DNA of 48,846 nucleotides from the NCBI RefSeq assembly GCF_964194025.1, contig NC_134470.1, forward strand, positions 17,437,155 through 17,486,000, read 5' to 3'. The DNA is from Convolutriloba macropyga. Taxonomy: Eukaryota. Positions 33,549 through 45,703 of the stretch are shown here, one piece after another. Numbering within the stretch: the first letter of the stretch is position 1; each line of letters begins with the position of its first letter. Made by a program: the position numbers and the translations under genes. Under the pieces are notes generated by a model. That model ran no database searches. It was not told where the DNA came from and saw only the letters and a list, made by a program, of their open reading frames with translations.

Positions 33549-34320
33549 ATGAAACGCCCTTCTCTTTTTGTTCAAATTGGGCTGCAAATTTTATTAATCA
33601 GCGCCATTTTGAAGCAAGTTCAAGGTGCGCAAAACTGGGCGCATTTTCATCCAATCAGAATCGAGCGTTCACTGGTGACGTCTGATGATACCTTCAAAAC
33701 ATCAAACATTCTGAGCCCAAATGCGAACAGCACGAACAATTCTTCGTCCGCTACCAAACTCGGAGATTCTTCAAAATCTTCGGAAATCGAACAAAAAATG
33801 ATAAACGAATCCGACGATTGCATGCTTTGGATACGGATTAACCCAAACGAAAAGATCGAACTGGCTTACCAAATTGCCCGGGCTTCGGTCGGAGTTTTTG
33901 CGATGGTCGGCAACCTGCTTATTATCCTCTCCGTTCTACGGTTCAACTACCTGAAAAAAGCCTCGGCTTACTACCTCTGCAATATGGCGCTGGCCGACTT
34001 CCTTCTCGGGTTCGTCGGGGCGACATACTACCTTCGTGTGTCGTATTTCAGCAAGACTAATCAGATAACAAATAAATTGAGTTTTGTCGTGTACAATTTC
34101 TCAGTTCTTCACAGTATGTTGAGTATGGTAATCGTAGCAGCCGATAGGTTCAGTTATATTTGCCATCCTTTGACGTACGAGGCAAAAGTTTTCGCAATGA
34201 AACCGTACTTGTTTATTTTGCTGTCGCTGGCGTGGACTTTGATCATAATTGCGTTGTTGACATACATCTACGTCCTGCATACAGAGATCATTATCAACTA
34301 CGGCACCATTTTCGATCTGG
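33549..34320 (+). CDS. Rhodopsin-family (class A) GPCR, first coding exon (signal peptide, N-terminal ectodomain, TM1-TM4)
   Basis: Intact, GC-richer ORF. TM1 VGNLLIILSV, TM2 NMALADFLLG, TM3 AADRFSYICHPLTY, TM4 LAWT. Canonical donor G|GTAAGT at 34320/34321 (phase 1) precedes the in-frame stop at 34331. TM5-7 not found in the window. Confidence 0.93.
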
Positions 34321-34960
34321 GTAAGTTCTGATTGTTTCATAAACTGTCGTCCCTCCACCCCCCATATTTTTACACCCATGGGCTTTTTAATATGTAAAAT
34401 CTCACAAATTGCCTACAAAAATGTGCTATAAGATCTCCTCACAAAGAATTCAGAAGACAGTTTGTATATCATACAAATAAAAGCTTCGAAGATCCTACAC
34501 GACAAAAATTTTCTGTAAAAAATTCAACCAAGAAATTTCTCCGAAAAAAAGAATTTTGAGTTCAAATCTTGTACTGTGAAAATTTATAGCATATGGTCCT
34601 TTAATTTCTTATCATTTCATTCAAAAAGCCCGTTGACAAGTTAAAACGAGATCATAGACCTTCAGCATGGATCTTCTACAAAGTAAAAACTGTGGTAGAA
34701 ACGGATATAAATTTTTTGCTTGCCTTTCCTCTTGTTACATTAACAAGGCCTTGTAATAATAAGAAAGATTGAAATATTAAACTTCAGTAAAAAAAATAAA
34801 AAAGTTTTTCAGTTAAATAAGGTTTTAATACAATTTTCAAAAATCAGCGGAGTCATGGTCAACGTCGTTTATGACAAAAAAACAGGTAGTGTCATTGGTC
34901 ACCACATTGTTCAAGTGTTGCTCGCTCATTACCCTCGTAGTTTGTGAAGGTCAAGCTTTA

Positions 34961-36194
34961 CTTATTTCCTTAAACCTCTATTTTATTTAAAAAAATATAA
35001 TTAAATACTAATGCAACGCAAAATTGAGTCAATATCTGTTGACAATTTTCGTTTCTAAATATAATAACACGGAGCACGCTTTATCTTAACTCAGATTATT
35101 ACGTCAATTCCAAACCGAAATCCTGATGTGTATTTGGAAAGTTATATGGATAATCTACATGATTAACCACCAACTCTTGACGTCAATTGTGCATGGAAAT
35201 GTGAAGTTTGGAGTTACGTCGACATATTTGGGTTTAACCAAACAACAAAAAAAACAGACTACAGATTGAAGTGAAACCACAAGAGAGGAGCAGAAATTTT
35301 AAGTTTGAATGTTCAATTGACATAAATTGAAGATTGTCGCAATCTCAGTTAAGCAGTTTGAGTGATTTGAGGGAAAAATCAAAGAACCCTTGATATCTAA
35401 TCAATAGGGTGACGAAAAACTAGTTTTCGTTGACCAGACGAACAATTAATATCTAGTTCATTGAAAGTGATAGACGGTGAAAGATAGATATACAGTTCAA
35501 AGATATGATTTTTCCAAACAAAAAAATCAGATGCTACGTCGACGTTATAGTTTTGTCACCAGTGAATAACGAAGGAGTTCTGTTGTAACCAAAAATTCGA
35601 GTCCGCTCGAGGCAAAAGACGAATTTTCCTCTGTGAATTGTGATCTAATTTGTTTGGGCCCGCGAGCTTAAGCTTAGTGAGCATAATTTTTATGACCCCT
35701 TGGCACAAGTGCTTTTTTTACATAGTAACATGCTATATAACAACATATAATTTGTAACTGAGGGTCATAAAAATAAGGGGGCAAACAGAATAGATCCGTG
35801 AATTGTGTTTTATTCTGAAACTGAAAGGTCCCTCTTAGATTTGTTTATAAACCATAACAGTGAAGAACCTATAGAGTGCAATTATCCAGTTTTGAATTGC
35901 ACCAGTTTGAATTTTTGTCTGAGTTATAAACAAAAACTCAGAAAATTTAAATGACTATTTGATTGGAATTAATTGGTTAATTCCAGAAAACAAAGTTTTA
36001 TTTCAGCAAAGCTGAACGATCAGTTGTTTGGACTGATAATGCAGCATTTAAAGCAACCGCAATCTACAGTATAGCGGATGTAAAGTTGCAAAAGCGAAAG
36101 ACAAAACTTGATACCCCGACAGCCCGTAAACCGTCAATAGCGAACTGGGCGGTGTAAAACTTTTCTTTTCATTGCCACGAAAGCAGCCGTTACA
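34961..36194 (+). repeat. 5' LTR of the plus-strand BEL element (left edge is the limit of homology)
   Basis: 34961-35105 aligns with 41920-42065, and 35798-36194 aligns with 42074-42465 (shared GGTCCCTCTTAGATTTGTT, CAAAGCTGAACGAT, GAAAGCAGCCGTTA). Ends in GTTACA at 36194. Confidence 0.85.
35642..35797. mobile_element. ~155-bp MITE with 8-10 bp TSD (Mutator- or Merlin-like) inserted in the 5' LTR
   Basis: TIR GATCTAATTTGTTTG / CAAACAGAATAGATC; inner IR ATTTTTATGACCC / GGGTCATAAAAAT. GTGAATTGT is duplicated at 35633-35641 and 35798-35806. The single-copy empty site is in the 3' LTR at about 42074. Confidence 0.88.
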
Positions 36195-36333
36195 TTTAGT
36201 CCGCCAATAGGGAGAGTGGAATACAAGCTGCTATCTAACCTTGAACCAAGCAAAAAGTCAACGAGCTGCAAAAAAGCTACGTTGAAGTGCGAACTCTGCT
36301 AAAAAAAATCACAGGACAGAAAATAGTCAAGCT

Positions 36334-39300
36334 ATGGCGTCAAGGTCAAGGAATAATGACACGGTCACGTAGTCACAGCAACCTAGAAAGATGAATCAAG
36401 CGCTGCATAGAGCAAATTGGGCTGCAGACAAAAGAAGGCTACGGACTGATCAAGAATAAAGATCGGCCTAGCAAATTTGAAATAGTAAGTCAACAAATAT
36501 AGTGTTTTGATATTAGCTCAGAGAAGCTGGTTGACAGGGGGGAGATATCTCTGACATTTTTAATTTATACAGACAACACGAAAATCTGACAACGAGATTT
36601 TTATATCAAATTAGAAGTTAATTGGTTGACATATATCCAGGGTCGGGCTAACATGGCGGGTCGCCAAAATCAGACATCTCTACAAAAGAAGGCTGCAAAG
36701 CCACATGATAAAGTTTCAAGATCTATTGGAGAAACTTCCCCAAGCACAGTTAACAGTCAACAAAAGGCACATCAGGACAATGAGTCAAAAACGTACTCCG
36801 ATCAAAGATCAAAGAAGGCAGAGAAGCTTGCAGCTCATTAAAAGGAGTGCAAATAAAAGATGCTTTTAAAAACAATTGAATATTAATTGAAGCGAAAAGA
36901 GCTTGAGGTAGAACCGAATCGTTTAGAAGAAGTAGGTTTGCTCAAACTCTAGTTCGCAAAGGAAGCACTTGGTGCTAGAGATTCCGGATCTGATGATGGT
37001 GGAGCGTTTTGTCTCCTTTCCACTTTAACAGTACAAGTTTGCAACTTTGAAATCGTAGTTTTGGTAATGCGAAAAACAGACATGACAACTCTTATCGAGT
37101 TCGTTTTGATCAAGAAAGCTTACTTAAATCCAGAATCAGGCGGTAATCTTTTTTAAATTAAAAATTAACCGTTTACTAGACCGGTTTAAAGTGATGTACC
37201 GAGCACTAGAATTAAACTACCAAAACTGAAATTCAATTTTTCCGACGGAAAACCATTCGAATGGCAGGAAATGTCGAAAGTGTTTGTAACAACAGTTCAT
37301 AACCGATCTATACCTAACACAGAGAAAATGAGCTACTTGAAAATATTGTTAAATGGTAAAGCAAGAGCGGCTTTAGCAAATATGGGTAACTCCGGAGAGC
37401 TTTATGGTGCGACTTGGCCAATTTTATCTAATTTTATAGGCTCAGCTCAATACATTGTGAACTCAACACCCCATCCAAATTCATGATTCAAAATTTTTAT
37501 TCGGTTATTCCCCAACCATCAGTAATGCAGTCCGTTTTTTGAAGCACTACAAATGTGAGGGTGGCTTGCGATATAGTGCAGCACTGCATACTACGATTGA
37601 AAAGTTGCAACAAAAACTGAAAGAGTAATGAGGGTTCTATGTAGGTGAAACCAAAGAGACCAACCAGATTTCCGTCTCCTAAAAAAATTTTGTCACAATA
37701 CTGTTTTTTTTACGAATGCATGTCACAGCCGCCACGGGAACATAAGGAGTTTAATCGACAAAACGAGAACAAATGTAGGCAATTCTCTTAGTGATCAAAC
37801 TTTAGTGAGAGTTCAAACGAGGGGCGCGAAGCCAAAATCATAATCACTTCCCATTAGTTGATGATACACATAAAATTTGTACGGTCTTTTATTCAAAAAC
37901 TTGAACGTGAATGATCATTATGCAGCTGCGATGAAGCAACGATTATGTTACCGATGTCTGGGAAAAGGGCTTCCAATCAAAGAATGTAAATTCAACGCAT
38001 GTGGTATAAATGGAATTTTCCGAAAAACACAACCAATTGCTACACTCAGAAATCAAAATAGACGACGGCAATCATGCAGTCAACTTAAGCGGAACAACAG
38101 TCAATGAAATTAACGAAGTTACGAGTTTTCTTCAGATAGTTCCAGCCTCGATTCAGACTGATAGCAACAGATTAAAAACACGTCTTCATCGTTAGTGAGT
38201 CAACGGTATCTATCATCGAGAAAAGTGTTAAAGAGAATTTGCAAGCCGAAGCTGCCGATGTTGCGCTTAACAAATCTGGCATACACGGAACAAATGATTT
38301 TAGGAAAGAAAAATTGTCCATCAAATTAAGAGGACCGCATTCGAAATCCCATTCAATCGAAACGCTTATACAACTGTCAATTTCATTGAGAACCACAAAC
38401 TAGGGCTAAATTAAACTGCGGCAAAGCCTCAACCGCTTAATTGTCCTCCAAAACGAAACCTTGAAACTGATGAAATTTGGCCAAATTTTAGGCCAAGATG
38501 ACTACAGGCTACAGAGGCAATTGGATGACAACATAGGACCACAAAAGGAACTTCTCGTCGGTCTAACAGAATTAGGATGGGTAGTCACTGACCCGTGGCG
38601 GTCAAGAGAAACCGAAAAGTTTGTCTTTTCACCTTCACTGAAGATGTCAAATCTGTCGAGAATATCTGAAAATGGTGGGACAGAGAAACATATGCTTCCA
38701 AAATCAACGTCGTCAGTCATTGAAAAAACAAACCGCAGGCACAAAAAATGATAGAGAGTACGACGAAGTTTACAAGTGGAATGAAGTGGTAACACTGTGG
38801 AGTGAACCACAGTAAATCTTCTCGAGCAGCTACAGCTCAACTCAGCATTGGGTCAGCTTTACTCATTGAAGTGAAAGTTCCATGGGGATTTGAACTTGAA
38901 AACTTTGTATCAAAAGTCATTAGATACTGTCGTAGAAAAGGGATTCGTAATGATACTGGTCGCGTCCAAAGAGAAGTGCACGTTGGAGAAAGAGTGGTAT
39001 ATGCCACACTATCGAGTGCTAAACCCGACAAGTCTGGCAAGTTTATTTGCAATTCTGCATCAAATTACAAAGCAGTATGCCTAATTGACAAGCTTTTAGA
39101 GGGACCTGCTCTACTGCATGGGTTGATTGGAACGCTTTTCAGATTTTGTGAAAGACCAATAGCCCTGAGAGCAGATATCGAATCGGTGTTGCGGCAAGTG
39201 CAATTTCCCGAGAAGGATAGATTATGCTTGTGGTTTCTATGGCACCCGAGAACTATTGAACCTAGATCGAATACAAGAATTTCAGTCTCACGTATTAGGA

Positions 39301-41920
39301 GACAGAATTTTCCAAATTGTGCAAGCTATGCTATCAAACGATTGGGAATCGACAAGGAAGAATTATATCCAATGGCAGCAAAAGCAATACAAATCAACTT
39401 CTACAGGGACGACTTCATTAAGTCAGTAGGAACCTCTGGAGAAGCAATCGACATCTTCAGTTGCAAGATCTTCTTTCGTAGCTTTGCTTTGAACTGGAAA
39501 AGTGGATAACCAACAGCGAACAAATTTCTGAAACAGTCCCAGAAGACTTGAAGTCAATAAGCTTCACGAAGAAAGCTGAGATCGAACCTCACTTCGAGGC
39601 ATCTTCAGAGCTTGAACTACAATGGGCTGTTAACGACGATAGTCTTCAAGTGTGCAGAATTGCCAATGAGAATGTTGAAGAAGCACCCATAACTCAGAGG
39701 AAGATTCTTTCACTAGTATCTTCGGTCTTTGACCCAATCGGTTTGTTTACCCCGTTCAGTGTTCATATGAGAAGACTTCTCCAAAAAATCAGGATTAAAA
39801 ATTGTCATCAATGGGGCAACGAAGAAAAAACCTGGTGAAACACCAGAGTTCCTGAAGTGAAACAAGCAGCTGTCAATTGTAGCTGAAACAAGCCTCGATA
39901 AAAAGTACTTCAATGCAGCGAAAGACGAATCTGAACTTCGTATGTTTTTTGACGCATCTGAAGACACGATGTGTATAGTAGCCTATCTGCGTTCCCATCC
40001 GAAGGAAAAAGCAGCCGATTTAGCATTTTTAATAGCAAGATGCGGAGTGACACCGGAAAATTCAATACCGCGACAAGGAAAATTCAATACTGCGACTGGA
40101 ATTGCAAGCAGCACTCAAGGCAGTGAAGCTGAAATAACAGATAATCAAGAAACACAAAATGAGCATACATATATGTAGTTCTTGGTCAGATTCAACGACA
40201 GTACTGCAGTGGATATATAGCTCCCATCGTAAACAGCAAGTGTTTGTGCACAATCAAGTGGCTGATATAAAAGATACAAATAATTTTTGATAGTGGAAGT
40301 ATGTGAGCGGTATCACCAACCTAGTGCTTATTGGCACTAGATTAATCAACATTGTCGAACTCAAGAGGAATGAGTGGCTCACTGTGCCGCCTAGTTAAAG
40401 CAACTGCAGAAGGAATGGCCAGAGCAAGTGAACATATTGTTTGCCTCAGATGAAGAGAATATACCCTCATCATTTTTCATGTTAAAGGCTGAAAAAATCT
40501 GTTTTTATTGGGAACCTTTCAGTAATTTTAACAAACTAGTAAAAACAATAGCATTTGTGCAACGAGCTTTTAGCAAAAGCAAGCCAGCAACAACACTACT
40601 AAGCCTGGAAGAAAGAGAGAAAGCGAAAGCAATTATACTCCAATAAGTACAGCAAAAACAGTTTGGAGAAGAGGTGAAGTCCCTCGAAGTTGACAAGGAA
40701 ATTCCAAAAACCTTTAAAGTCCTACACAATTCTTAGCTTGCCTTGATGGGGAAGCCATTTTCGCGCCAAAAGTAGAATATACTAATTTCAATTGGACTTC
40801 AACGCAAATCATCCAACATTGCTACAATGGAAACATTGTGCGGTTGAATTCCTCTTGCAAAACGAGCACACGAATAACCATTATGGAGGAACTGAGCATT
40901 TTAGGAACGTTGTTCAGCCAAGGATCTGGATGATAGGCTTACAAAATCCTCTGCGTTCATTTAAAAACAAATTTTTTACCTGCAGAGAAGGCAGAGTTCA
41001 AGCTATTACGCCAGTTACGGTAGATCAGCCAGAATAATGATTTGAAACTCCGGCAGCCTATACTGAGTTTGGAGTAGATCACTTTGGTCCATTCGTTGAT
41101 CAGATTGAGCGAAGGAACGAAAAGCCATGGTATTGTCTGTTTACGTTCCTAACTGTGAAAGCAGTGCAGTTAGAAATAATATATACGTTAGACACAGATA
41201 GTTGTCTCATTGCAAATATGCAATTTTTGGGCAAAAAGTCAAGCCAACCACGATATTCAGCGACAACGGGACAAAATTTTTTGGAACTAAAACAGAATTT
41301 GAAGAATACAATGTAGCATGGAACAAAGGAGGAATTCAAACACCTCTATTTCAAAAAGAAGTTAGATGTATGTTCAACCCTCCCGCGGCCCCTCACTTTG
41401 TAGAATTCTGGAAACGTTTTGCGTTGGGGAAAGGAGTAATCAGGGAAATTGTTCTGTCGACAACGATGTGTGTTGTTAAATAAACATTGAACGCAAAACA
41501 GTTGACAGCATTCAGTTCAGATCTCAATGACTTGGAAGCATTGACTCCCAGTCACTTCTCTCTTGGCAGCAAAATGTTTTCTTACTACCCCTTCTACCAT
41601 GTGTGGAGCAATTTTGCGATTTTTTAACCATCGACTGCTATTTCGACAAAGTTAAGCTTATGGAATGCTCATTTGGGGCACATTTCGGAAATTGTATTTG
41701 ACAACTTTTACGAATGGTCAACAAAGAAACCCACGGCAAACGAAGAGCTTGAAAAAGGCTATTTTATTTGTTCGGTCGAAGACAGGCACCAACCCGGCTA
41801 TTATAAACTGTTTCGAGTTACAAAGACCCCGAAGAGTCTGACAGTGTAATTCAGTCATTGCCAATTCCATCAAACGATGGTGTTTACAAAACACCAGTGG
41901 TGAAGCTCCCGAGCGTTACT
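36334..41920 (+). pseudogene. Decayed BEL/Pao gag-pol
   Basis: Domain order gag-PR-RT-RNH-INT spread over many short ORFs with stops and frameshifts. The start is approximate. Confidence 0.9.
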
Positions 41921-42465
41921 AATTTCCTCAAACGTTTTTATTCATTGAAGGAACAAACTTTGAGACGCATGCAACGAAAGATTGATTCACTACATTCCGC
42001 CCTATTTCGTTCCTAAATGTAAAAAAAGGAAGGACGCTTTATATTATATTAGATTGTTACTCTCCTGTCTCTGTGAATTGTGTTCTGCTCTTAGACAGAA
42101 TGGTCCCTCTTAGATTTGTTCATGAACACAAACAGTGGACAACCTTTAGGGGTACAACCTTTCGGTTTTGAAGTGCCCCAATTTGAATTATTGTCTCAAT
42201 TTTTAACTAGATTCCAGAAAAATTGTCTGATTAGTTGATTGGATTTAATTGAGTAGGGCAAGTAAACGAATTTATATATCATCAAAGCTGAACGATTATT
42301 CAATTGAACTAGTGAAACAAAGTTCAATGCAGCCGTAATTCACAGTATAATATTTCAAAAAAAAGCCAATTGCACAAGTTGGTATCCGGAGAACTAGTAA
42401 AGCGCTAATAACAATCTGGGCGGCATCAATTTTTCTTTTTCCTTGATAGGAAAGCAGCCGTTAGA
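41920..42465 (+). repeat. 3' LTR of the plus-strand BEL element (shortened, PPT missing)
   Basis: Diverged direct repeat of the 5' LTR. Ends GCAGCCGTTAGA versus GCAGCCGTTACA. Confidence 0.85.
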
Positions 42466-45400
42466 TAGTAGTTTGTATTGATTTGAACTCAGCTGAAAAT
42501 TTTATGATTTTATGCAAAAGCCAACTCTTTAATCTCTTATGGGTTGTGTGGGTCATTTTTTGTTTATGTTCTGAGTCCTTTATATAGATAAATGAAAAGT
42601 TTGTCTGTTCCAATACACGATCTTAAAGATTCTAAAGCTGTTACAATCAGGTTTTTTATATGATAGGGTTGTTTGGTATTCGTTCTTGATTGAAAATTTG
42701 TTTGTGGGAGACGTACAAAAGCTGCGCTTTATTCTTTTTGCTGGAAATTCCAACGCTTTTGCTAATATTTCTTTTGGCATTCCACGTGACATTCGACTCA
42801 AAATTTCATTTTCTATTTTGAGTCTTTTTGCAAAGTGCTTCGATTTTCTCATAAGTATCAGTTTTTGTGTTAATGTCAACACAAATTTTCATTTTGTTAA
42901 AAAGAAAAAAAGAATTCCACTTTTTTAAGGGCAGGGAATGCAATCTTATGTCCTGTTCAAATTCTTTAATTTAGGTTCACCGATGCAACCGCTTGATTTC
43001 TTAATGATTGCTTTTGAATTCTCTGTGATATAAAATGGTCCATGGTTTTGTCAACAGACGTAAGTATGTCAGCTGTTATCCGCAAAAGTATGATAGTTAC
43101 AATTTTTCGTTAAAAAAGTGCATATCAAAAAAGATTTAGTTCAGAGTTCTGACACAGCATTCATATATGCTGATGCAACGCCTCAAAGTTTTTGCCTTCG
43201 TTTCTTTTTAGTAGATTATAATGTACTCAGTTTATTGAACAATAACATCTCGCAATATTTCAACAGGGATGAACAGTTTTATTTCTCTATTTTGATCGTT
43301 AGTTTTTAGATGTAGTTTTAAGATCTGAACGTTTGCTTTCAGTGGTATTATTGTCTATGTAGTTCACATTTTTAGATTGTAATTTCTTAGTTTATTTCTG
43401 TATATTTTTTGTGTTAATGAAACAGATTGAGTTTATGCAACGATCTACAATTAGAGAAATTGAACAAATTTTGATTTCCGAGTTTTTGCGTAAAGCATGC
43501 TACTCAAATTTTAAAAATTTTGAAATTGTTAAATATAAATTTTATTCGGTGTTGACAAAGTTCAAGCATGCTATAGAGATATGCAACAGAGTTAGTTTTT
43601 CTCTCTTCCTAGTTCAATATTGAACTTATTAGATAATTTTTTCTATTTGCATTAGAAATTTCACTACAGTGCTCGAATAAACTCGAATAAAGTACAGTGC
43701 CTTAAATAATGCCTGATAGAAAAACTGAGTTACAATGCTTGAAAATGTTTTTGTTTCAATTAACCTATAGATGTAAAGGGCTTCTAAAGCTGTCAAATTG
43801 TTAGTGTTTCGAAAAGTATGCAATGTCATTATCCAATAATGTAAATAAACAGCAGACCATTTAAATCACTTTTAAAAAACAACATATTTTTGAAACATAA
43901 CTTTAAAATTTTCTGAATTACAGTCCTCAGATCTCTGTGGTTTGTGACTCTCAACCATTTCTTCATTTCAAATTGCTTTTGGCTTAGACGTCATTAAGTG
44001 AACCATCCGAACAAAAATCTCGTAACCAATAAGAATTGATTTAGCTCTTTCTTCTTTCATTTTGTTTTCTCAAAGTAATTACACCGTTGGAAATTGAATG
44101 CCGCAAAACCGAATTAACCTTTTGACATCTTCTTGTAACATTCCGATGTCTAAGAGGGGAATAGTTACCAATATTTATATAAATTATGCATAAATGTGTT
44201 TTTTCAATATGTAGAAATCCAGTTTCATATCTTTTGAGTATTTTTCCGTATATTTGACTTTTTCTTGTTCAAAGATTTCAATTTGATTTAATTTTTTCAA
44301 AATGAGGACATCGATAACAAATATTCTCAGCTATTAAAATACTCGATTCGCAAGAACTGCAAGGGTCAGATATTCCTTGGACATTTTCTCAGGAATCTCT
44401 TCTTTTTTCTGGGGTTATAATTTAGGCTTTTTATTGCCTTCGTTGTAATCGTTTGCCGTTAGAATTTCAAATTTAATATCACATGTTGGACTCTTCTGTC
44501 ATAACAGAGGTTTGTCTGAACATTTTATCCCAGTTTGTTAATTTTGCCAAATCATTTCCATTTTTACGTAGTCTATCAGAAAAAAAAACATTTATTTAGC
44601 TGAGCAAAATCACTATCTTTAGAACTCATATGTCCGCTTTGTTCGCTATTGAATACCATTAGTTTGCATTTTTTTAACATTTGTGAGGTAATATATGCTG
44701 AAACACGAACAAAGTACTTCCAGAAATTTTTTGACGTAATGAAACAGTGTTTGAAGATATAATTTTAACGCTTAAGCGCAACTGAAACTAATTGATCTAT
44801 TGCTCAAATTAAAAAACCGTTGCTAAAAAGTCTTGAACAGCTCAAATGACACTTGAAATTGAATCCATCACTATTTTAATTACAGAGATTTATTTCAGAC
44901 AGCAAAGCAAGCATACGTAGATTAAGAATTTTTAAGTATCTCAAACTTTTAATTTCATATGCCTCACAAACAGTAAATTTTGGGTGTAAATTCATGGAAA
45001 CGTAATTTTTGCGATTTTTCGGCAATTCTAGATTTTTTTTGGTAATTCGTGCTCATTTTTGCTTCTCAGCTTTTTTTCCTTAGGTTTTCCAGAAATAAAT
45101 CATAGCATATAGTTAAACTAGCGCTTTTGACACTCATAATTATTTGTTTTTCAGTCCTCTAATAACTCGGTATATCAAAGTTCATTTCATTTGTCTAATA
45201 TAATTTTTGTCATATCTGTGATCTAACAAAATCGTTATTATACACACAGCGTTATAGATTTTTGACAAAAATTGTTTTTGAATGAGGGTTCTAATTTAAG
45301 TTACTGCATCTTAGTTTAATGAGATTTTTGTTACTGCACACAAAACCAACCGTCATCAACAGAAGATTTTTCATTGTTTTCGACTTAGTTTTGTAAGTTT

Positions 45401-45487
45401 TTTATCATTCTTCACTTTGTTTCATACGCCTTGATTAGATATTTGTTTTTGTGCCTATATAGAATTATTGCATTAGTCGTGATTTTA

Positions 45488-45590
45488 TTGTTCTTATCTA
45501 CTTGTGGGGAAGGAACTACATACTCAAATGGGTTTTTTGTTTAGTCAATTTTGGTGGTTGATATTCCCATTGTATAAAAAAACGATAATT
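45488..45590 (+). mobile_element. HINE family, diverged 5'-end fragment (copy D)
   Basis: TTGTTC...GTGGGGAAGGAACTACATACTCAAATGGGTTTTTTGTT matches the 5' end of copies A, B and C. Confidence 0.75.
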
Positions 45591-45703
45591 GGTGGTTATA
45601 TAAAGCATAGGTACAGGTTTCTAGTCCCAACCGTAATGTTAAAGAAATGTCCATACATTTATCATTCAGTCTCCTACAAATACTGCGTCGAAACAGTCAA
45701 AAA

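Larger units (their letters stand above)
34961..42465 (+). mobile_element. Near full-length, old BEL/Pao LTR retrotransposon in the GPCR intron
   Basis: gag LPKL...DGKPFEW...EKMSYLKILLNGKARAAL; knuckle LCYRCLGKG...C...HNQLLH; protease region LQIVPA...TELGWVV; RT WYMPHY...LLEGPALL...ADIES...FYRDDFIKS; TQRKILSLVSSVFDPIG; FFDASE; WSDSTTVLQWI; integrase GVDHFGPF...SDNGTKF...FNPPAAPHF. Two diverged LTR copies. The true 5' start may lie upstream of 34961. Confidence 0.95.

Noticed and set aside
44393-44448. Candidate GPCR exon 2: acceptor TTTTCTCAG, phase-compatible, reading GISSFFWGYNLGFLLPSL (TM5-like FLLP)
   Set aside because: There is an in-frame TAA at 44446-44448, no TM6/TM7 motifs follow, and the T-rich composition differs from exon 1. 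Probably chance; RNA-seq would settle it.
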